DNA from: Spirochaetia bacterium
GTDB lineage: Bacteria; Spirochaetota; Spirochaetia; UBA9216
Assembly: GCA_963677925.2 (NCBI GenBank)
Contig: CAXXYH010000004.1
Span: forward strand, 1,184,001 to 1,248,000
Direction of reading: 5' to 3'
Length of the DNA stretch: 64,000 bases
Made by a program: the position numbers and the translations under genes. Below, piece by piece: positions 59,947-64,000 of the stretch. Each line of letters begins with the position of its first letter. Positions within the stretch are counted from its first letter, which is position 1. Below the pieces are notes generated by a model, which was not told the DNA's origin, did not search any database, and worked only from the letters and a program-made list of their open reading frames with translations.

Positions 59947-61545
59947 TTATTTCAGATTATCAACTGCAGCCTGTTCAATAAGCAGGCCTGCTGTGTAGCG
60001 TTCAAAGAACTCATTAAAGCCCGCCACATCTTCCGGATCCGGGCTGACCGCCGTACTGCTGTTGCCTGCGAAAATCTTCTCAAGAAAATCTGAAAGGCTG
60101 CTGCTGTTCTCTTTCTGCTTGAGGTAGGCCGCCAGAAGCGCTATGCCCCAGGCACCGCCTTCCCCGGCTGTTTTAAGCACTGAAACAGGAGTTCCGCATG
60201 CTGCGGCCATGATTCTTTCCCCGACGCCCTCAGTTTTGAAGAAGCCGCCGTGCCCTTTAATTTCACTTACAGTCACGTTCTCTTCGTTGAAAAGTATGTT
60301 AAGTCCTGTCCTGAGTGCACACAGCGATGTAAAAAGCTGGGCCCGGACAAAGTTTGCTACTGTAAATTTACTGTCCGGATTCCGCACGAAAAGCGGCCGG
60401 CCCTCAGAAAAGCCTGTTACATGTTCGCCTGAGTGATAGCCGTAGGCAAGCAGGCCGCCGCAGTCCCGGTCTCCGGTCAGTGCAAGCTTCATCATGGTGT
60501 CATAGAGTTTTCCTCCGTCAACATCGGCACCGAGTATGCCGGCTGCTTCACCAAGGAAGTCTATCCAGGCGCTGTATTCAGTACTGCAGTTGTTTGAGTG
60601 AGCCATTGCCACAAGGTCTCCGGAAGGGGTTGTGATCAGGTCAAGTTCATGGTGCAGTTTTGCGAGGTCCTTCTCAAGAACAATCATTGCAAATACAGAG
60701 GTTCCTGCCGATACGTTTCCGGTTCTGGCTTTAACGCTGTTTGTTGCAACCATTCCGGTTCCTGCGTCCCCCTCAGGCGGGCAGAGGGGGATTCCTGCCT
60801 GAAGATCTCCCGAAGGATCAAGTATTGCAGCCCCTTCGCCGGTCAGCATTCCCGCGTCGGCTCCTGCGGGAAGAACCTCGGGAAGAATTCCGCCGAGCAT
60901 CCAGCCGAACCCCCTGTCTGAAAGCTTAGAGTCGAAAGCTGCAATCATTGAAGCGTTGAAATTGCATTCTGCAGTATCAATCGGAAACATTCCTGAAGCG
61001 TCGCCTACGCCGAGAACTCTTTTTCCTGTCAGCTGTTCATGCACCCAGCCGGCAAGAGTGTTTAAGGAGTTAATTTCCGGAAGATGCGCCTCTCCGTTCA
61101 ATACGGCCTGGTAAAGGTGGGCAATACTCCATCTCTGGGGAATCGGGTACTGAAAAAGTTCGGTCAGTTCTTCTGAGGCCTGCTGTGTGATATTATTTCT
61201 CCATGTTCTGAAAGGAACCAGGAGTTTATTGTTTTTATCAAGTGCAATGTAGCCGTGCATCATGGCGCTAATGCCCATTGCCGCTGCAGATTTAAGTACG
61301 GTTCCGTATTGTTCTTTTACATCCCGTTTTAAGTCTGCGTAACATGACTGAAGGCCGCTGATTACCTCCTCCAGAGGGTAGGACCATATTCCGTCTGTAA
61401 GTGAGTTTTCCCAGCCGTGAGCTCCGGCTGCAAGAGGAGTCCCGTCTTCTGAAATGAGTACGGCCTTGATTCGGGTAGAGCCGAGTTCTATACCAAGGAA
61501 GGCTCTGCCTTCACTGATCAGCTTTGTAATTTCGGAATTATTCAT
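59947..61545 (-). CDS. FGGY family carbohydrate kinase, probable L-ribulokinase
   Basis: LGIELGSTRIKA, SAMMHGY, FRTWRN, PQRWSIAHLYQ, EGDAGTGM and NVSAGTS motifs. Adjacent to araA. ATG at 61545 follows GGAGG. Confidence 0.82.
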   Translation of the reverse strand: MNNSEITKLISEGRAFLGIELGSTRIKAVLISEDGTPLAAGAHGWENSLTDGIWSYPLEEVISGLQSCYADLKRDVKEQYGTVLKSAAAMGISAMMHGYIALDKNNKLLVPFRTWRNNITQQASEELTELFQYPIPQRWSIAHLYQAVLNGEAHLPEINSLNTLAGWVHEQLTGKRVLGVGDASGMFPIDTAECNFNASMIAAFDSKLSDRGFGWMLGGILPEVLPAGADAGMLTGEGAAILDPSGDLQAGIPLCPPEGDAGTGMVATNSVKARTGNVSAGTSVFAMIVLEKDLAKLHHELDLITTPSGDLVAMAHSNNCSTEYSAWIDFLGEAAGILGADVDGGKLYDTMMKLALTGDRDCGGLLAYGYHSGEHVTGFSEGRPLFVRNPDSKFTVANFVRAQLFTSLCALRTGLNILFNEENVTVSEIKGHGGFFKTEGVGERIMAAACGTPVSVLKTAGEGGAWGIALLAAYLKQKENSSSLSDFLEKIFAGNSSTAVSPDPEDVAGFNEFFERYTAGLLIEQAAVDNLK

Positions 61546-61561
61546 TATTTCCTCCCTAATA

Positions 61562-61659
61562 GCGTTAACGAAAACGCATTTTAATATCTTCTTAATCATA
61601 AGTCAAATTTAATTTGACATCCATGTTTTTATGTCTTAAAATTGCGTTAACGATAACGC
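61562..61659. promoter_or_regulatory. Two LacI-type operator sites
   Basis: GCGTTAACGAAAACGC (61562-61577) and GCGTTAACGATAACGC (61644-61659). They are 15/16 identical quasi-palindromes with a central CG. Confidence 0.75.
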
Positions 61660-61670
61660 GGGATGTTTTC

Positions 61671-62705
61671 ATGGCTACGATAAAAGATGTTGCAGATGCT
61701 GCAGGAGTCTCTATAGGCACAGTTGACCGGATTATTCACAACAGGGGGCGATTTTCAGACTCCACTGCAGAGAAGGTCCGGCTTGTGATGCAGGACCTCG
61801 ATTACTCTCCGAATATGCATGCAAGGGGTCTGAAAAAAGCAGGGAATATTTCACTGACGGTAATATTGCCTCAGGACCATCAGGATGCCGGGTACTGGAA
61901 AACCGTTTACAGCGGAATTGTAAAAGCTGTACAGGAGCTGGGCTCTATCTGCCGTGAAATCGATATAATCAGGTTTGACAGGTATTCCGAAACGTCCTGC
62001 AATGAGGTTATTGAACGGATTAAACACCTGCAGACAAACGGATTTCTTATTGCACCGGTATTCCACGATAACTGCAGCATTTCAGCTGAGGATATTAAAC
62101 CCGCCTGTGTTCTGATAGATACCGATAACCAGGATTTCGGCAGTCGGCTTACCTACATAGGCCAGGATTCCAGAAGCAGCGGGGCTTTATCGGCAAAACT
62201 CATGCATATGATTGCACGTGATCCGGAGGGTTATCTGCTGATCGCGGAACCTCCAGGACACAACGAGCATATCCGGGGAAGGGTTGATGGCTTCAGGGAA
62301 TACCTTGAAGCGAAGGGCTTGTTGTACGGGCTAAAAACCATCAATACCGGCTCCGATGATGAATCAGATTACCACCGGCATCTGGATAGTTTTTTTGAAG
62401 CAGAGAAAAATATTCCGGCTGGAATTTTTGTTCCTGATTCATCGGTATACTATTTCGGATCCTGGCTCAAATCCCGCGGTGAACAATACAGCTCAATTCC
62501 GCTTATCGGGTATGATCTAATCTCTGAAAGGCGGAATCTGATTGACGAGGAAGTTATCAATTTCATCATAACCCAGCAGCCGGAAGAGCAGGCCTACAGG
62601 GGCATGAAGCTCCTTTATGACGCAGTGGTTCTGGGCGGTTCTGCTCCGGGAGAGGTTTATCTTCCAATGAATATAATCACAAAAGAGAATCTTAATACCT
62701 TTTAA
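61671..62705 (+). CDS. LacI family transcriptional regulator
   Basis: HTH MATIKDVADAAGVSIGTVDRIIHNRG and YSPN..AR.L, followed by a periplasmic-binding-protein-like domain (IGQD, IGYD). Confidence 0.92.
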   Translation: MATIKDVADAAGVSIGTVDRIIHNRGRFSDSTAEKVRLVMQDLDYSPNMHARGLKKAGNISLTVILPQDHQDAGYWKTVYSGIVKAVQELGSICREIDIIRFDRYSETSCNEVIERIKHLQTNGFLIAPVFHDNCSISAEDIKPACVLIDTDNQDFGSRLTYIGQDSRSSGALSAKLMHMIARDPEGYLLIAEPPGHNEHIRGRVDGFREYLEAKGLLYGLKTINTGSDDESDYHRHLDSFFEAEKNIPAGIFVPDSSVYYFGSWLKSRGEQYSSIPLIGYDLISERRNLIDEEVINFIITQQPEEQAYRGMKLLYDAVVLGGSAPGEVYLPMNIITKENLNTF

Positions 62706-62733
62706 GGTTTCATATGGAATATGGAGGGATTAT

Positions 62734-64000
62734 ATGAAAGCGTATGAAAATATCAAAATATGGATGGTATCCGGAAGTCAGCACCTCTACGGAGAAGAGA
62801 CTCTCCGGGAAGTTGAGAGGCATACAAGGGAGATTGCAGGCAGCCTGAATGACAGTCCGCTTCTTTCCGCGCCTGTGGAATACCGTGGGATACTGACCAC
62901 ACCGGCAGAGATTACAAAGTTCTGTGTTGAGGCCAGTGCAGATGCGCAGTGTGCGGGTGTCATTCTGTGGATGCACACATTCTCGCCTTCAAAGATGTGG
63001 ATCAACGGTCTGAATGTAATGACAAAGCCCATGCTGCATCTGCATACCCAGTACAACCGGGACATCCCCTGGAATGAGATCGATATGGATTTTATGAATC
63101 TAAACCAGTCTGCTCACGGCGGAAGGGAGCACGGTTTCATCAATACCAGAATGAAAATAGCAAGAAAGGTTGTCGCCGGATACTGGAAGGATGAAAAAGT
63201 ATTAAAGCGTGTTGATGCCTGGATTAGAGCCGCTGCCGCGGTAAGCGATCAGAAGAGCATGAAGGTAGCCCGGTTCGGGGACAATATGCGCGATGTCGCG
63301 GTTACCGAGGGCGATAAGGTTGCAGCTCAGATATCGCTTGGATACGACGTCTACGGATACGGAATAGCCGATCTTGCTGCAGAGGTTGATGCCGTTTCTG
63401 AAAGCATGATTGATGAACTTGTTTCCGAATACAGCGGAAGCTATAAAATTGCAAAGGAACTTCTCCCCGGCGGAACTCAGGCAGGTATGCTCCGTGATGC
63501 CGCAAAGCTGGATGCTGGTCTTGATAGCTTTCTTGTGAAGGGCGGTTTTTCGGCATTTACAACAACCTTCGAGGACCTTACCGGAGTAAGCCAGCTTCCG
63601 GGCCTTGCATGCCAGCGGGCAATGGAAAAAGGATACGGATTCGGAGCCGAGGGTGACTGGAAAACCGCAGCCCTGGTTCACAGCATGAAGGTTATGGCTA
63701 AGGGGCTTACCGGCGGTACTTCCTTTATGGAAGATTATACCTACCATATGGACCCCTCAAATCCGATGGTGCTCGGCGCTCATATGCTGGAAGTCTGCCC
63801 CTCAATTGCCGGCGATACTGATGTTAGAATTGAATGTCATCCGCTTGATATCGGAGGAAAGGATGACCCAGTCAGAATGGTTTTTGATGTTCCGCCGGGC
63901 GCCGCTCTGAATGCATCGCTTATGGATATGGGCAACCGTTTCAGGCTTCTGGTCAACGAGGTTGAAGCTGTTAAACCGGAGAGCAGCTTCCCGAAACTGC
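62734..64000 (+). CDS. araA: L-arabinose isomerase (partial, runs off the window)
   Basis: Read directly from ATG 62734 after GGAGG: MKAYENIKIWMVSGSQHLYG, WMHTFSPSKMWI, MDFMNLNQSAHG, FGDNMRDVAVTEGDKV, GFGAEGDWKTAAL, SFMEDYTY, LGAHMLEVCP. Confidence 0.95.
   Translation, partial: MKAYENIKIWMVSGSQHLYGEETLREVERHTREIAGSLNDSPLLSAPVEYRGILTTPAEITKFCVEASADAQCAGVILWMHTFSPSKMWINGLNVMTKPMLHLHTQYNRDIPWNEIDMDFMNLNQSAHGGREHGFINTRMKIARKVVAGYWKDEKVLKRVDAWIRAAAAVSDQKSMKVARFGDNMRDVAVTEGDKVAAQISLGYDVYGYGIADLAAEVDAVSESMIDELVSEYSGSYKIAKELLPGGTQAGMLRDAAKLDAGLDSFLVKGGFSAFTTTFEDLTGVSQLPGLACQRAMEKGYGFGAEGDWKTAALVHSMKVMAKGLTGGTSFMEDYTYHMDPSNPMVLGAHMLEVCPSIAGDTDVRIECHPLDIGGKDDPVRMVFDVPPGAALNASLMDMGNRFRLLVNEVEAVKPESSFPKL

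Noticed and set aside
137-63747. Many alternative-frame and antisense ORFs in the supplied track (e.g. 137-877 -, 17495-18226 -, 38824-39465 +, 49266-49964 -, 63202-63747 -)
   Set aside because: They overlap well-supported genes, have no recognisable motifs and look like shadow ORFs.
1-64000. CRISPR array, IS element, prophage, integron attC array, recoded stop codons or programmed frameshifts
   Set aside because: Intergenic gaps are short with no regularly spaced repeats. No transposase, integrase or phage genes were recognised, and recognised genes appear full length in a single frame. Weak signals could be missed by eye.

Overview
Chromosomal window from a bacterium, probably a free-living spirochaete. 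That is inferred from the fliS-flgN-like-polA-coaE-SPOR gene order and from many lipoproteins. About 55 densely packed CDSs and one tRNA-Cys(GCA) are supported. No integrase, transposase, phage gene or CRISPR array was seen. Main blocks: an AT-rich glycerol module (PocR-AraC regulator, gldA, fused DhaK-DhaL, polytopic membrane alpha/beta hydrolase); a PIN-PhoH ATPase; a probably inactive NodB-type protein; a translationally coupled fliS-flgN-polA-coaE-SPOR run behind a near-consensus sigma-28 promoter; a KamA-type radical SAM gene overlapping an HD-NUDIX fusion; xylB and a ChvE/GguA/GguB sugar ABC system facing a DeoR gene coupled to an extra orphan sugar-ABC ATPase; a lone HEPN-like gene beside tRNA-Cys; a GH2 glycosidase; three GGDEF proteins and an orphan histidine kinase; a long run of small accessory genes around pyk; and the start of an arabinose locus (FGGY kinase, LacI with twin operators, araA). 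The best candidates for something undescribed are the DeoR + orphan ATPase pair, the HD-NUDIX and membrane-GGCT fusions, the sigma-28-linked polA operon, the glycerol module hydrolase and two structured intergenic RNAs. All calls come from motif recognition by eye; no searches were run.
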